A stretch of DNA of 64,000 nucleotides from an uncultured Phascolarctobacterium sp. (GCA_900544885.1 UQWU01000002.1:23057-87056); one strand, 5' to 3'; positions 18,807 to 30,219 are shown, counted from the stretch's first letter. Notes: a model not told the origin generated them from the sequence alone. Program-made: numbers and translations.

Positions 18807-19679
18807 GTGCTGAAGGGTATATTGTTAATAATTGGTGCCGCTACCTGTTGGGGAATGGGCGGCGTTGCCGGACAATACTTATACGAATATCATCAAGCTG
18901 ATTCTGTATGGCTGGTTATGATCCGTCAAATAGTAGGTGGCCTGATATTCTTATCGTTTGGCGCTTTGGTGCAAAAACAAAATGTTTTTAAGGCATTAAG
19001 GGAAACACCGAGGGATCTTGTCGAATTTTCGTTTTTAGGCATATTAGGTGCCCAGCTGGGATTTTACTATACTATCGGCCTGTGCAACGCTGCTACGGCG
19101 ACAGTACTGCAATATATGGCACCTATTTATGTTATGCTGTGGGTCAGCTATAAAAATCGTCGCTGTCCGGAGGGCAGGGAGCTTTTAGGTATTGTCGGTG
19201 CAATTTTAGGTGTATTTCTGATTGCCACTCATGGCAGTATCGATAGCTTAGCTTTATCCCCGGAGGCCTTAATTATCGGCTTACTATCAGCAATTTCTTA
19301 TGCTTATTACAGTATTAAACCTATTGAAATGCTGAAGCGTTATTCTGCCAGTGTTATTATTGGCTGGGGTCAGTTATTATCAGGCTTATTTTTATTATTT
19401 TGGCGTAATCCTTTTTCTGCACCGGGTAATTGGGATACAAATGCTGTTTTAGCAATGTGTTATTTGGTGCTGGGGGCAACAATTGCTAGCTACGGGTTAT
19501 ATTTGCAGGGCTTAAAGATTGTTGGCCCTACAAAAGCTAGCCTGATTTCTTGTGCTGAACCATTGGCTTCTATTATTGCTGTAGTCGTTTTATTGGGTAC
19601 TAGGCTGGTTTTGCCTGACTTACTAGGTATGGCCTGCATTATTTTTACGGTTTTGATTTTATCTATTCCCAAAAAATAA
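18807..19679 (+). CDS. DMT-superfamily (EamA-like) transporter
   Basis: The 290-aa protein has about 10 TM segments in two EamA-like halves. It uses a GTG start after the RBS AAGGGAGAAG. Confidence 0.75.
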   Translation: MLKGILLIIGAATCWGMGGVAGQYLYEYHQADSVWLVMIRQIVGGLIFLSFGALVQKQNVFKALRETPRDLVEFSFLGILGAQLGFYYTIGLCNAATATVLQYMAPIYVMLWVSYKNRRCPEGRELLGIVGAILGVFLIATHGSIDSLALSPEALIIGLLSAISYAYYSIKPIEMLKRYSASVIIGWGQLLSGLFLLFWRNPFSAPGNWDTNAVLAMCYLVLGATIASYGLYLQGLKIVGPTKASLISCAEPLASIIAVVVLLGTRLVLPDLLGMACIIFTVLILSIPKK

Positions 19680-19776
19680 AATAAACCGTGTAAATATAAT
19701 ATAATCTTGTAAAGCAAGGGTTTTAGGCTGTTTGAAAAAAATATTATCTTATTTCTAAAAAAGCAGGCAATCAAAC

Positions 19777-19821
19777 TTGCTATTTAATGTTTTTTTAGAT
19801 ATAATTGTAATGTTATTACAA
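19777..19821 (+). promoter_or_regulatory. Promoter with an overlapping palindromic operator upstream of the XRE regulator gene
   Basis: The -35 is TTGCTA (19777-19782). A 17-bp spacer leads to the -10 TATAAT (19800-19805). This overlaps the inverted repeat TTGTAAT gtt ATTACAA (19805-19821). Confidence 0.5.
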
Positions 19822-19854
19822 CAGGAAGTTGAAAATGAGAAGGGGAGAGCTCTA

Positions 19855-20274
19855 GTGAAGTTGGATATTGATTACAAAGCTATTGGCTTGAGAATAAAGG
19901 CATCACGTGCACGCAAGGGATTGACTCAAGGCAATATCGCTAAATTGACTGGCTTGTCAACTCCGCATATCAGTAATATTGAAACTGGTAACACCAAGCT
20001 TGGCTTGCCTACTATTATTCATCTTGCAAATGTGCTTGATGTATCTGTTGATGAGCTTTTGTGTGATAATATTCATCGCAGTGAACAAATTTACTGCAAT
20101 GAATTGTCTGATTTAGTTCAAGGTTGTTCTGTTGATGAATTGCACATTATCTCTGAATTGGCTAAGGTAATTAAAAAAGCAGGCATCAATAGTGCTAAAA
20201 AAGTAAGAAAACGTCGTACTAAAGCTGAAATGGCAGCTGCTAAAGCGGCTACTGAAGCTGAACACGAAGGCTAA
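19855..20274 (+). CDS. XRE-family helix-turn-helix transcriptional regulator
   Basis: The HTH is LTQGNIAKLTGLSTPHISNIETGNTKLGLPTIIHLANVLDVSVDELL. The GTG at 19855 follows the RBS GAAGGGGAGAG. The C-terminal tail is basic and Ala-rich. Confidence 0.75.
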   Translation: MKLDIDYKAIGLRIKASRARKGLTQGNIAKLTGLSTPHISNIETGNTKLGLPTIIHLANVLDVSVDELLCDNIHRSEQIYCNELSDLVQGCSVDELHIISELAKVIKKAGINSAKKVRKRRTKAEMAAAKAATEAEHEG

Positions 20275-20338
20275 TATTTTAGGACTGTGACAAATTGGTC
20301 TTCATTTTGCCGTGGTCTTAAAATAGCATAATTGCAAT

Positions 20339-20414
<76 letters not shown>

Positions 20415-20425
20415 ATGAAAATCAA

Positions 20426-20453
20426 GCCCTCCGAATATTTCGGAGGGCTTTTT
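20426..20453 (+). terminator. Rho-independent terminator after the tRNA
   Basis: GCCCTCCGAA tat TTCGGAGGGC is followed by TTTTT. Confidence 0.85.
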
Positions 20454-20794
20454 CATATAAGCTATAAGTTATAGAATTTTAGAATAATTAATATCACTAG
20501 AAAGCATAAATAATATACTGTGAGAAAATTTATATACTCTAGCATGAAAGGCCTGAAAGTAAAATTTTTCGTTTAAAAGATGTTATCTTTAATGGATTGT
20601 TGAGTGACATATTTGTGAAAGTGTATGTAAAAAAATATAGGTTGACATTGAAAAATACTTTTGCACTGTACAAAATACGGCTTTTGACTTTGAAAATAAT
20701 TAAATGTATCCACCTTCTTTATTCCTAAAAGAAAACAATTATTGTGAAATTTGACATAAAAAGCAACTTTTTGTAAATTTTGTAATAAAAATAA

Positions 20795-20822
20795 TTGACG
20801 CTACTGCCAAAAATGATATACT
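20795..20822 (+). promoter_or_regulatory. Strong sigma-A-type promoter for wecA-wecB
   Basis: TTGACG is followed by a 16-nt spacer and TGaTATACT, an extended -10. Confidence 0.6.
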
Positions 20823-20892
20823 ATATAAAAGATAAATCTTTATCATAAGTTATATGATTGTTTGCGTTCGTTTTTGAGTGGAGAAAAAATCA

Positions 20893-21906
20893 ATGTTAAG
20901 TGCGTATGGTTTTCCTTTTTTGCTTGCTGCGTTAGTAAGCTACGTTTTGACTCCTTATATAAAAAAATTAGCATTTCAGATTGGTGCGATTGATAAACCT
21001 GATAACCGCAAGGTGCATAAAAAAATTATGCCGCGTCTTGGCGGTCTTGCTATTTATATTGCATTTATGATTGCCGCGGTGGCAAGCTTAGAGATGACTT
21101 GGGATATTGTCGGTATTTTAATCGGTGGTACAGTGATAGTAATTGTAGGTGTACTAGATGATAAATATCAGCTTCCTGCAAAAGTAAAGCTGCTGGGGCA
21201 GATTTTGGCTGCCTGTGTGCTGGTATTCTTCGACATTCGTATTGAATGGGTCAACAATCCTTTAGGCGGCTATTTTTATTTAGATCTTCTGTCTATTCCG
21301 TTGACGATTTTCTGGGTTATAAGCTTTACTAACGTAGTCAATCTGATTGACGGTTTGGATGGTTTGGCAGCAGGTGTATCTGCAATTGCTTCTATTACGG
21401 TTATTTTGGTAGCTGTACAAATGGGCTATTATCATATTGCAGTAATGACTGCGGCTTTGGCCGGTGGTATTATCGGTTTTATACGCTATAATTTTAATCC
21501 TGCGACGATTTTTATGGGTGATACGGGCAGTATGTTCATTGGTTATATGTTGGCAGCAATTTCTGTTTATGGTGCAGTAAAAACTGCTGCTACAGTAGCG
21601 TTGATTGTTCCTGCTATTGCTTTGGGATTGCCTATTATGGATACAGCTTTTGCTATTATGCGTCGTTACAGCAATGGTCGTCCGATTTTCCAACCGGATA
21701 AAGGACATCTGCATCATCGCCTCTTGGCTATGGGTATGAACCAAAAGCAAGCAGTGCTGTTGATGTATGCTATTACTGCTGTTTTAGGTATTGCTGCAGT
21801 GCTGTGGGCTGAGGTTGATGGCTTCTATGCAGCTCTTATCATTGCTGTTATTATTACGGCTGTTGCTGTTGGTGCTAAAAAAATCGGTATTCTGAACGAC
21901 AGATAA
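20893..21906 (+). CDS. wecA: Glycosyltransferase family 4 UDP-GlcNAc:undecaprenyl-phosphate GlcNAc-1-phosphate transferase (WecA/TagO-like)
   Basis: The 11-TM MraY/WecA-family protein has DDKYQLPAKVKLLGQI and NLIDGLDGLAAG motifs. The ATG at 20893 follows GGAGA at 9 nt. The track's GTG at 20878 is less likely. Confidence 0.8.
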   Translation: MLSAYGFPFLLAALVSYVLTPYIKKLAFQIGAIDKPDNRKVHKKIMPRLGGLAIYIAFMIAAVASLEMTWDIVGILIGGTVIVIVGVLDDKYQLPAKVKLLGQILAACVLVFFDIRIEWVNNPLGGYFYLDLLSIPLTIFWVISFTNVVNLIDGLDGLAAGVSAIASITVILVAVQMGYYHIAVMTAALAGGIIGFIRYNFNPATIFMGDTGSMFIGYMLAAISVYGAVKTAATVALIVPAIALGLPIMDTAFAIMRRYSNGRPIFQPDKGHLHHRLLAMGMNQKQAVLLMYAITAVLGIAAVLWAEVDGFYAALIIAVIITAVAVGAKKIGILNDR

Positions 21907-21921
21907 AGGGGAGGAAGAGCC

Positions 21922-23082
21922 GTGGAAAAAATTAAATTAATGACTGTTTTCGGCACTCGTCCGGAAGCTATCAAAATGTGTCCGTTAGTTTTAGAGATGC
22001 GTAAATATCCTGAATACATCCAACCGATTGTTGCTGTTACTGCACAACATCGTGAAATGTTGGATCAGGTTCTGGATTTATTTGGTATCAAACCCGACTA
22101 TGATCTGAACATTATGACTGCAGGTCAAACTTTGTATGATGTAACTACTCGTGCATTGATGGGTTTGAAGGATGTTATGGAAGAAGCAAAGCCTGATATG
22201 GTTTTGGTACATGGTGATACTACTACTACCTTTGCCGGTGCTTTAGCTGCTTTCTATGCACAGATTCCTGTAGGTCACGTTGAAGCCGGCCTGCGTACCG
22301 GTAATAAATATTCTCCGTATCCAGAAGAAATGAACCGTAAATTGACCGGTTCTATTGCGGATATGCATTTTTCACCGACTTCTACCAGCAAGGGTAATCT
22401 GCTGCGTGAGAATGTTGATGAAAAAAATATTCTGGTAACCGGTAACACTGTTATTGATGCTTTGCAGACTACTGTCCGCGAAGATTATAAATTTGAAGAC
22501 GCTGAGCTTAATAAGGTGTTTGCGTCCGGTAATCGTCTGATCCTTATGACTACCCATCGCCGCGAAAACTTAGGTGAGCCGATGCGTCATGTTTACCGTG
22601 CTTTAAAAAGCGTTTTGGAAACACATTCTGATGTAGAAGCAATTTTCCCGGTACATAAAAATCCTAAAGTACGTGAAATCGTGCGCGAGGAGTTGGGTGC
22701 TTTAGATAGAGTACATCTGATTGAACCGATGGATTATGAACCTTTTGCTAATTTGATGGCTAAGGTTGACATCGTTCTGACTGATAGCGGCGGAATTCAA
22801 GAAGAGGCGCCTGCTTTAGGAAAACCTGTTTTGGTATTACGTGATACTACAGAAAGACCGGAGGCTGTTGAAGCCGGTACTGTAAAACTTGTTGGTACTG
22901 CTTATGAAGATGTTTTACATGAAACTAATCTGCTGTTAGATGACGCTGAACATTATCGCTCCATGGCAGAGGCTGCTAATCCGTATGGTGATGGACGTGC
23001 TTGTGAGCGCATTATTAAGGCTATTTTGGCAAAAAATGGCTTTGCGGTAGAAAATTTACCGGAATTTGCTCATAAAGCATAG
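21922..23082 (+). CDS. wecB: UDP-N-acetylglucosamine 2-epimerase (non-hydrolysing)
   Basis: Motifs present are KLMTVFGTRPEAIKMCPLV and VHGDTTTTFAGALAAFY. The GTG start follows GGGGAGGAAG. Confidence 0.9.
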   Translation: MEKIKLMTVFGTRPEAIKMCPLVLEMRKYPEYIQPIVAVTAQHREMLDQVLDLFGIKPDYDLNIMTAGQTLYDVTTRALMGLKDVMEEAKPDMVLVHGDTTTTFAGALAAFYAQIPVGHVEAGLRTGNKYSPYPEEMNRKLTGSIADMHFSPTSTSKGNLLRENVDEKNILVTGNTVIDALQTTVREDYKFEDAELNKVFASGNRLILMTTHRRENLGEPMRHVYRALKSVLETHSDVEAIFPVHKNPKVREIVREELGALDRVHLIEPMDYEPFANLMAKVDIVLTDSGGIQEEAPALGKPVLVLRDTTERPEAVEAGTVKLVGTAYEDVLHETNLLLDDAEHYRSMAEAANPYGDGRACERIIKAILAKNGFAVENLPEFAHKA

Positions 23083-23140
23083 ACAAAAGTTGTGAAAAAT
23101 ATTAAAATTAAAAGAGTAAATTTGTTGAATTTGTGAATTA

Positions 23141-23428
23141 ATGTCGGTGGTGATGAGCATGAGCACACAAACTCCTGATAAGGAACATATGCGTATGCTG
23201 GAAGCACTGGCTACAGTATCGTCATTAGCCTTTATGGCAGTGATTGATTTTCTGCTGGCGTATTTTGGTGGTAACTGGCTTGATAATTATTTTCAAACAG
23301 GGAATCATACTATGCGCGGTATCTGTATTGCATTGGCAATTATTTCACTAGTGATGACATATTACAATCTGATACAGAAGAGCATTCTGTCACGGGATGC
23401 TGAACAGAAAAAAGATAATGAAAAGTAA
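23141..23428 (+). CDS. atpZ: AtpZ/AtpI-family small membrane protein preceding the ATP synthase genes
   Basis: The 95-aa protein has the motif FGGNWLDNYFQTGNH, which resembles AtpZ (ATPase_gene1 family). The exact start is uncertain. Confidence 0.6.
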   Translation: MSVVMSMSTQTPDKEHMRMLEALATVSSLAFMAVIDFLLAYFGGNWLDNYFQTGNHTMRGICIALAIISLVMTYYNLIQKSILSRDAEQKKDNEK

Positions 23429-23825
23429 CTTTGATTTAACTTCCATTGCCAAAAGCGGTGGTAGCAAATTTGTTTCACGAATTGCCTTTTGTGCTTTAGT
23501 CATAGCTCTGCCGTTATGGCTGGGACTGAGAACGTCGTTTGCACACGGTGTCTTATGTGGAGTGCTCGCAGGTATTATTGACCTGTCCATTTTGTTCTTG
23601 GGCATTAAGAAAGCTTTGCCCTATGTAGAGGCTCCCAAGCAAGGTCTGAAAATCATGAAACGTTTCCGCTGGGCCCGTGTGGCAGCAGCAGCAGTTTTTA
23701 TTATTGCGATGTTAAAGATGAAACTAGCAGTGCATGGTGCATTTGCAGGGTTTCTTCTGATACATATATTCTTTATTCTAAATTTATTATTTATCGCGTA
23801 CCAACATAATCATGAGAGGGCGTGA
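23418..23825 (+). CDS. atpI: ATP synthase protein I
   Basis: The 135-aa protein has four TM helices and sits directly upstream of atpB. It overlaps the atpZ stop. Confidence 0.6.
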   Translation: MKSNFDLTSIAKSGGSKFVSRIAFCALVIALPLWLGLRTSFAHGVLCGVLAGIIDLSILFLGIKKALPYVEAPKQGLKIMKRFRWARVAAAAVFIIAMLKMKLAVHGAFAGFLLIHIFFILNLLFIAYQHNHERA

Positions 23826-23843
23826 AGAAAGGAGTGTGTAAAA

Positions 23844-24560
23844 ATGGGAAATGCAGCAGCTGAAGGTGCAGAAAAATCCGGAGAAATTATCCATTATCTT
23901 ACCCAAACAACCTTTTTAGGTGAGGTTAACATGCAAACCATGTACATGACCTGGGTAACTATGGCAATTGTTCTGGTATTGTTCCTTCTCGTTTGTAGGA
24001 ACCCGAAAATGGTTCCGTCCGGACTGCAAAATGCTATGGAAATCATCCTTGATTTCTTGAATGGTCTGATGCAAGACAATTTGGGTACTAAAGGCCGTAA
24101 ATTTATGGCACCGTTCATCGTTACCTTGTTTATGTTTATCCTGGTAGCTAACGAACTGGGTATTCTGCTTCCGCAAATTGGCGTTCATTGGACTTCACCT
24201 ACCAATGACATTAATACCTGCTTTGCGCTTTCTTTGTTAATTGCGTTTACAGCATATGTCGTTGGCGTGATGAAACAAGGCATCGGCCACTTTAAACATT
24301 TTATCAGTCCTAGTCCGGCATTCCTGCCGTTGCATCTGTTAGATGCAGTGACTAAACCGCTGACCATGGCTCTTCGTCTTTTTGGTAACATCCTGGCAGG
24401 CGAAATTTTGCTGATCGTATTGTATCAGTTATCTCCATGGGTTATTCCTGAACTTTGGGTAATGTTCAGCTTGTTCATTGGCTTTGTTCAGGCCTTTATC
24501 TTTACCATTTTGTCTTTGGGCAGCTATGCACTGGCATTTGCTAGCCATGACGAACACTAA
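23844..24560 (+). CDS. atpB: F0F1 ATP synthase subunit a
   Basis: The conserved Arg is in LRLFGNILAGEILL. Also present is FVQAFIFTILSLGSYAL. Confidence 0.9.
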   Translation: MGNAAAEGAEKSGEIIHYLTQTTFLGEVNMQTMYMTWVTMAIVLVLFLLVCRNPKMVPSGLQNAMEIILDFLNGLMQDNLGTKGRKFMAPFIVTLFMFILVANELGILLPQIGVHWTSPTNDINTCFALSLLIAFTAYVVGVMKQGIGHFKHFISPSPAFLPLHLLDAVTKPLTMALRLFGNILAGEILLIVLYQLSPWVIPELWVMFSLFIGFVQAFIFTILSLGSYALAFASHDEH

Positions 24561-24600
24561 TCTGATTAGTAAATTAAAAAAGTCATATTAACTTGAAAGG

Positions 24601-24864
24601 ATGAATCAAATGTCTGAAAATGCAATCATTACTGCCGCATCTGTAATTGGTGCAGGCCTTGTATGCTTGGGTGCTGCTGCTGGCGCTGGTATCGGTAACG
24701 GTAATATGTGCGGCAAATCTATTGAATCCATGGCTCGTCAACCGGAAGAAGCTGGTAAAATCTTTACCAACATGTTGGTATGCGTAGGCTTGATCGAATC
24801 CATGCCTATCCTGTGCTATGTAATCGCTATCGTTCTGGTATTCGCTAACCCGTTCATTAAATAA
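24601..24864 (+). CDS. atpE: F0F1 ATP synthase subunit c
   Basis: The 87-aa protein has GAGIGNGNMCGKSIESMARQPEE and the carboxylate in GLIESMPIL. This is a Bacillus-like (H+-type) signature. Confidence 0.9.
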   Translation: MNQMSENAIITAASVIGAGLVCLGAAAGAGIGNGNMCGKSIESMARQPEEAGKIFTNMLVCVGLIESMPILCYVIAIVLVFANPFIK

Positions 24865-24901
24865 TTTTATTTTGCAAGATTTCTAAAGGAGCGTGCTATA
24901 A

Positions 24902-25381
24902 TTGGTTAACTTTAATATGACACTTATCGCGCAAATCCTGAACTTTTTAGTTTTAGTTTTTGTCCTTGCAAAATTTGCTTACAAACCTGTAGTTAAAATT
25001 ATGGATGAACGTAAGAATAAAATTGCAAGCGATTTGGAAGCAGCTGAAAAAGCAAAAACTGATGCTGAAGCTGTTAAAGCAGAATATGCTGCTAAATTAG
25101 CTGAAGCTAAACAAGAAGCTCAAGCTATTATTGATGCTGCACGTAAAACTGCTCAAGCTGCTCATGATAAAATCATGGCTGACACCAAAGCTGAACAAGA
25201 TCAGGTTGTCGCAACTGCAAAAGAAGCAATCGCTATGGAAAAGAAAAAAGCTATGGACGACATTCGTGTCCAAGTTATTAACCTGTCCATGATTGCTGCT
25301 AGCAAAATTGTAGAACAAAAATTAGGTTCTGAAGAAGATAAACAAATGGCTGGCAAAATCGTTGATTCTATTATGAAATAA
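24902..25381 (+). CDS. atpF: F0F1 ATP synthase subunit b
   Basis: The 159-aa protein has a single N-terminal TM helix followed by a charged Ala/Lys/Glu-rich coiled coil. The TTG start follows AAAGGAG. Confidence 0.85.
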   Translation: MVNFNMTLIAQILNFLVLVFVLAKFAYKPVVKIMDERKNKIASDLEAAEKAKTDAEAVKAEYAAKLAEAKQEAQAIIDAARKTAQAAHDKIMADTKAEQDQVVATAKEAIAMEKKKAMDDIRVQVINLSMIAASKIVEQKLGSEEDKQMAGKIVDSIMK

Positions 25382-25474
25382 TTATTTTGCTGCTTTCCCT
25401 ATTAGGCCGGAAAGTATCTGCTGAACTGCGAATCAGTGTGATAAGAGCCGGTATTCGGAGGTGATTGGTACAAT

Positions 25475-27301
25475 ATGAAGAGTGAAGAAAATATTGCTTT
25501 ATTGAAGCAAGAATTGTCCGACTTCAAAATTGATCTGGGTTCTATTAAAGAACTGTTAGATGTTAATGTAACTACAGCCAAAAAACTGACTGTCGACGAG
25601 TATCAATCCATTTCTGCAATTCTCACCGAGAAACTGGGTCGCGAAATTTTCTTAAACAAGAAAGTAGATCCTTCTATCCTCGGCGGCATCATCGTACAAG
25701 TTGGCGATAAGGTATATGACGCTTCCGCTCTGCGTAAGCTGAAAAAAATGGAAGTAGCTCTGAATGGCATTGACATTCACGAATACACCAAACCTGAAGC
25801 TATGGGTGATGCTCTCAGCGCTAAGCTCGAGAATTACAAAGTGGATGCTGACCTTGAAGAAGTTGGTATCGTTGAAAAAATCGGTGACGGCATCGCAACT
25901 GTTATCGGTATGAAAAACGCAATGGCTGGCGAATTGGTTGAAATGCCCCATAACGTATCCGGCATGGTTCTGAACTTGAACCCTGATTCCGTTGGTATCG
26001 TATTAATGGGTGGCGAAACCAAAATTAAAGAAGGCGACATCGTTCGCCGTACCGGCCGCATCATGGAAGTTCCTGTTGGTGAAAACCTGCTGGGACGTGT
26101 AGTAAGTGCAATCGGTAATCCGATTGATGGCAAAGGCGAAATCGTTGCTGCTGCACATCGTCCGGTTGAATCTCCTGCACATGGTATCGCAGACCGTCAA
26201 CCGGTTGATACCCCGTTGCAAACCGGTATTAAATGTATCGACGCATTGGTTCCTATCGGACGTGGTCAGCGTGAATTAATCATCGGTGACCGTGGTACTG
26301 GTAAAACCGCTGTTGCAATCGATACTATCATCAACCAAAAAGGCTTAGGCGTTATCTGCATTTATGTAGCTATCGGCCAAAAAGCTTCTACTATTGCTCG
26401 TATTGTTCGTACTTTGGAACAACACGGTGCTATGGAATATACCATTATCGTAGCTGCTACTGCTGCTGACTCCGCTCCGCTGCAATATCTGGCTCCGTAT
26501 GCTGGCGTAACCATGGCTGAATACTTCATGGATCAAGGCAAAGACGTTCTGTGCGTATACGACGACCTGTCCAAACACGCTGTTGCATATCGTGCAATGT
26601 CCCTGCTGCTCCGCCGTCCGCCAGGACGTGAAGCTTACCCTGGTGACGTATTCTACTTGCATTCCCGTCTGTTGGAACGCGCTGCTCGTCTGAACGATGA
26701 ACTGAAAGGCGGTTCTATTACTGCTCTGCCTATCATCGAAACTCTGGCAGGTGACGTAGGCGGCTTCATTCCGACCAACGTAATTTCCATTACTGACGGT
26801 CAGATCTTCTTGGAATCTGAATTATTCTACGCAGGTATCCGTCCGGCTATTAACTCCGGTCTGTCCGTATCTCGTGTAGGTGGTGCTGCTCAGATTAAAG
26901 CTATGAAGCAAGTAGCTGGTACTTTACGTCTGGATTTGGCACAATTCCGCGAACTGGCAGCATTTGCTCAGTTTGCTTCTGACCTTGATAAAGCTACCAA
27001 AGCTCAATTGGACCGTGGTCAACGTCTGACCGAAGTTCTGAAACAAGGCCAATACAGCCCGCTGTCTGTTGAAAAACAAGTTATGGCAATTTACCTTGGC
27101 ACTAAAGGTTACCTGGATGACGTAGCAGTTAAAGACGTAACTCGCTGCGAAAAAGAATTCCTGGAATTCATGGCTGCAAACCATCCTGAAGTTGGTGCAG
27201 ACATCCTCAGCGCTAAGAAAATCACTGACGAAAATGAAGAAGCATTGAAGAAAGCTATCGCCGAGTTCAAGGAAACCTTTGTATCCAGTGAAGGCAGGTG
27301 A
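25475..27301 (+). CDS. atpH-atpA: In-frame fusion ORF: ATP synthase delta (OSCP) C-terminal domain (about aa 1-97) plus the full alpha subunit (aa about 100-608)
   Basis: The N-terminal part ([60 protein letters not shown]) matches the delta C-terminal domain. From [16 protein letters not shown] onward it matches alpha, including the Walker A GDRGTGKT. There is no stop between the two parts. Confidence 0.75.
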   Translation: MKSEENIALLKQELSDFKIDLGSIKELLDVNVTTAKKLTVDEYQSISAILTEKLGREIFLNKKVDPSILGGIIVQVGDKVYDASALRKLKKMEVALNGIDIHEYTKPEAMGDALSAKLENYKVDADLEEVGIVEKIGDGIATVIGMKNAMAGELVEMPHNVSGMVLNLNPDSVGIVLMGGETKIKEGDIVRRTGRIMEVPVGENLLGRVVSAIGNPIDGKGEIVAAAHRPVESPAHGIADRQPVDTPLQTGIKCIDALVPIGRGQRELIIGDRGTGKTAVAIDTIINQKGLGVICIYVAIGQKASTIARIVRTLEQHGAMEYTIIVAATAADSAPLQYLAPYAGVTMAEYFMDQGKDVLCVYDDLSKHAVAYRAMSLLLRRPPGREAYPGDVFYLHSRLLERAARLNDELKGGSITALPIIETLAGDVGGFIPTNVISITDGQIFLESELFYAGIRPAINSGLSVSRVGGAAQIKAMKQVAGTLRLDLAQFRELAAFAQFASDLDKATKAQLDRGQRLTEVLKQGQYSPLSVEKQVMAIYLGTKGYLDDVAVKDVTRCEKEFLEFMAANHPEVGADILSAKKITDENEEALKKAIAEFKETFVSSEGR

Positions 27302-27308
27302 TTAACTG

Positions 27309-28193
27309 ATGGCAACTGCACGCGAGATTCATCGCCACATGAAAAGCGTAGGTAACATCGGTAAGATCACTAAAGCTATGAAGATGGTTGCTGCTGCTCG
27401 TCTTAGACGTGCTCAAGAAAAAGCTGCTGCTAGCCGTCCTTATGCTATCAAGATCAAAGAAGTGTTATCCAGCGTTGTGAGCGATCCGAGCATTCTTGCA
27501 GGCCTTAGTGCCAAAAAACACCCGCTGCTTCAACATCGTGAAGTTAAAAAAGTTGGTTATCTGGTACTCGCCTCTGATAAAGGTCTGGCTGGTGCATATA
27601 GCTCCAATGCTCTGAAATTAGCTGTGGCTGAAATTTCTGCTTGTGATGACGAAGTTGTCGTTATTACCAGTGGCCGTAAGGCAAGAGATTTCTTCAACCG
27701 CCGTGGTTATAAAGTATTGAGTGCACATTTCGGTTATTCTGACAGACCTACATATGCTAACGCTGCTGAAATTGCTCAAGATGCAATTGCACAATTTGCT
27801 GATGAGCATTTTGATGAACTGCGTATTGTATATACAATTTTTAAAACTGCTTTGTCCCAGACTCCTACCTGCGAAAAAATTCTGCCGGTAGAGCCTCCTG
27901 TTAAGGAAAAAGGCAAAGCAAGTGCTTCATTTATCTTTGAACCTAGCGAAGACGAAACTTTACAAGTACTTGCTCCTAAGTATTTGGAAACCGTAGTTTA
28001 CGCTGCTCTGGTACAATCTGCTGCCAGTGAATTAGGTTCTCGTATGACTGCAATGTCTTCTGCAACTGACAACGCTGCAAAACTGGTACAAAACCTGGAG
28101 CTGTCTTACAATAAGGCACGCCAGGCTTCCATTACCCGTGAGCTTAACGAAATCGTTGGCGGCGTAGAAGCTTTGAAACAGTCTCAAAACTAA
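27309..28193 (+). CDS. atpG: F0F1 ATP synthase subunit gamma
   Basis: The protein has MATAREIHRHMKSVGNIGKITKAMKMVAAARLRRAQ and the gamma C-terminus QASITRELNEIVGG. Confidence 0.9.
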   Translation: MATAREIHRHMKSVGNIGKITKAMKMVAAARLRRAQEKAAASRPYAIKIKEVLSSVVSDPSILAGLSAKKHPLLQHREVKKVGYLVLASDKGLAGAYSSNALKLAVAEISACDDEVVVITSGRKARDFFNRRGYKVLSAHFGYSDRPTYANAAEIAQDAIAQFADEHFDELRIVYTIFKTALSQTPTCEKILPVEPPVKEKGKASASFIFEPSEDETLQVLAPKYLETVVYAALVQSAASELGSRMTAMSSATDNAAKLVQNLELSYNKARQASITRELNEIVGGVEALKQSQN

Positions 28194-29636
<1,443 letters not shown>

Positions 29637-29638
29637 TA

Positions 29639-30049
29639 ATGGCTACACCTTTTACATTTGAAATTGTCACTCCGGATAAAATGCTTTTTTTTGCTGAAAA
29701 TGTAACTTATGTTGGCTTCCGTGCACTGTCCGGCAACTTAGGTATTAAAGCAAGACATATGCCGATTATCGCAACTCTGGACATCTCTCCGATGAAAATT
29801 GAGTTCACCGATGGTACCGATATGGAATTTGCTGTTTGCGGCGGTTTTCTGGAAATGAAAGACAATAAATGTACTGTTTTAGCAACTATTGCTGAAGCTG
29901 GTGCAGATATTGATACTGCTCGTGCAACTGCAGCCAAAGAACGTGCAGAACAACGTCTGGCTTCTAAAAGTGCTGATGTCGACTCTGCTCGTGCTGAACG
30001 TGCATTAAAAAGAGCAATGGCTCGTCTGCGTGCCGCTCATAAAGCATAA
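29639..30049 (+). CDS. atpC: F0F1 ATP synthase subunit epsilon
   Basis: The 136-aa protein has an N-terminal beta-sandwich and a C-terminal helical hairpin. It follows atpD directly. Confidence 0.85.
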   Translation: MATPFTFEIVTPDKMLFFAENVTYVGFRALSGNLGIKARHMPIIATLDISPMKIEFTDGTDMEFAVCGGFLEMKDNKCTVLATIAEAGADIDTARATAAKERAEQRLASKSADVDSARAERALKRAMARLRAAHKA

Positions 30050-30075
30050 AAGCATTCAAGACAATACAAATTTAA

Positions 30076-30110
30076 AGACTCTGTCCCAATTTGGGACGGA
30101 GTCTTTTTTA
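30076..30110 (+). terminator. Rho-independent terminator after the atp operon
   Basis: AGACTCTGTCCCA att TGGGACGGAGTCT is followed by TTTTTT. Confidence 0.85.
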
Positions 30111-30219
30111 TTGCCTTAAAATGTGCCATTATGCTAACTTTCCACTATTGTCACAGTTTAAGACTTGCATAAAATACTTGCTTATAGTATTCTATAATAG
30201 TAAAAAGGAGGAGTGTGAG

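Noticed and set aside
24601-24864. Possible Na+-binding c-subunit (relevant to the Mrp cluster)
   Set aside because: The c subunit has a GNG motif and an ES pair, but no Gln at the Q32-equivalent position and no Tyr at +5 of the carboxylate. It looks H+-type. There is no support for a Na+ F-ATPase.
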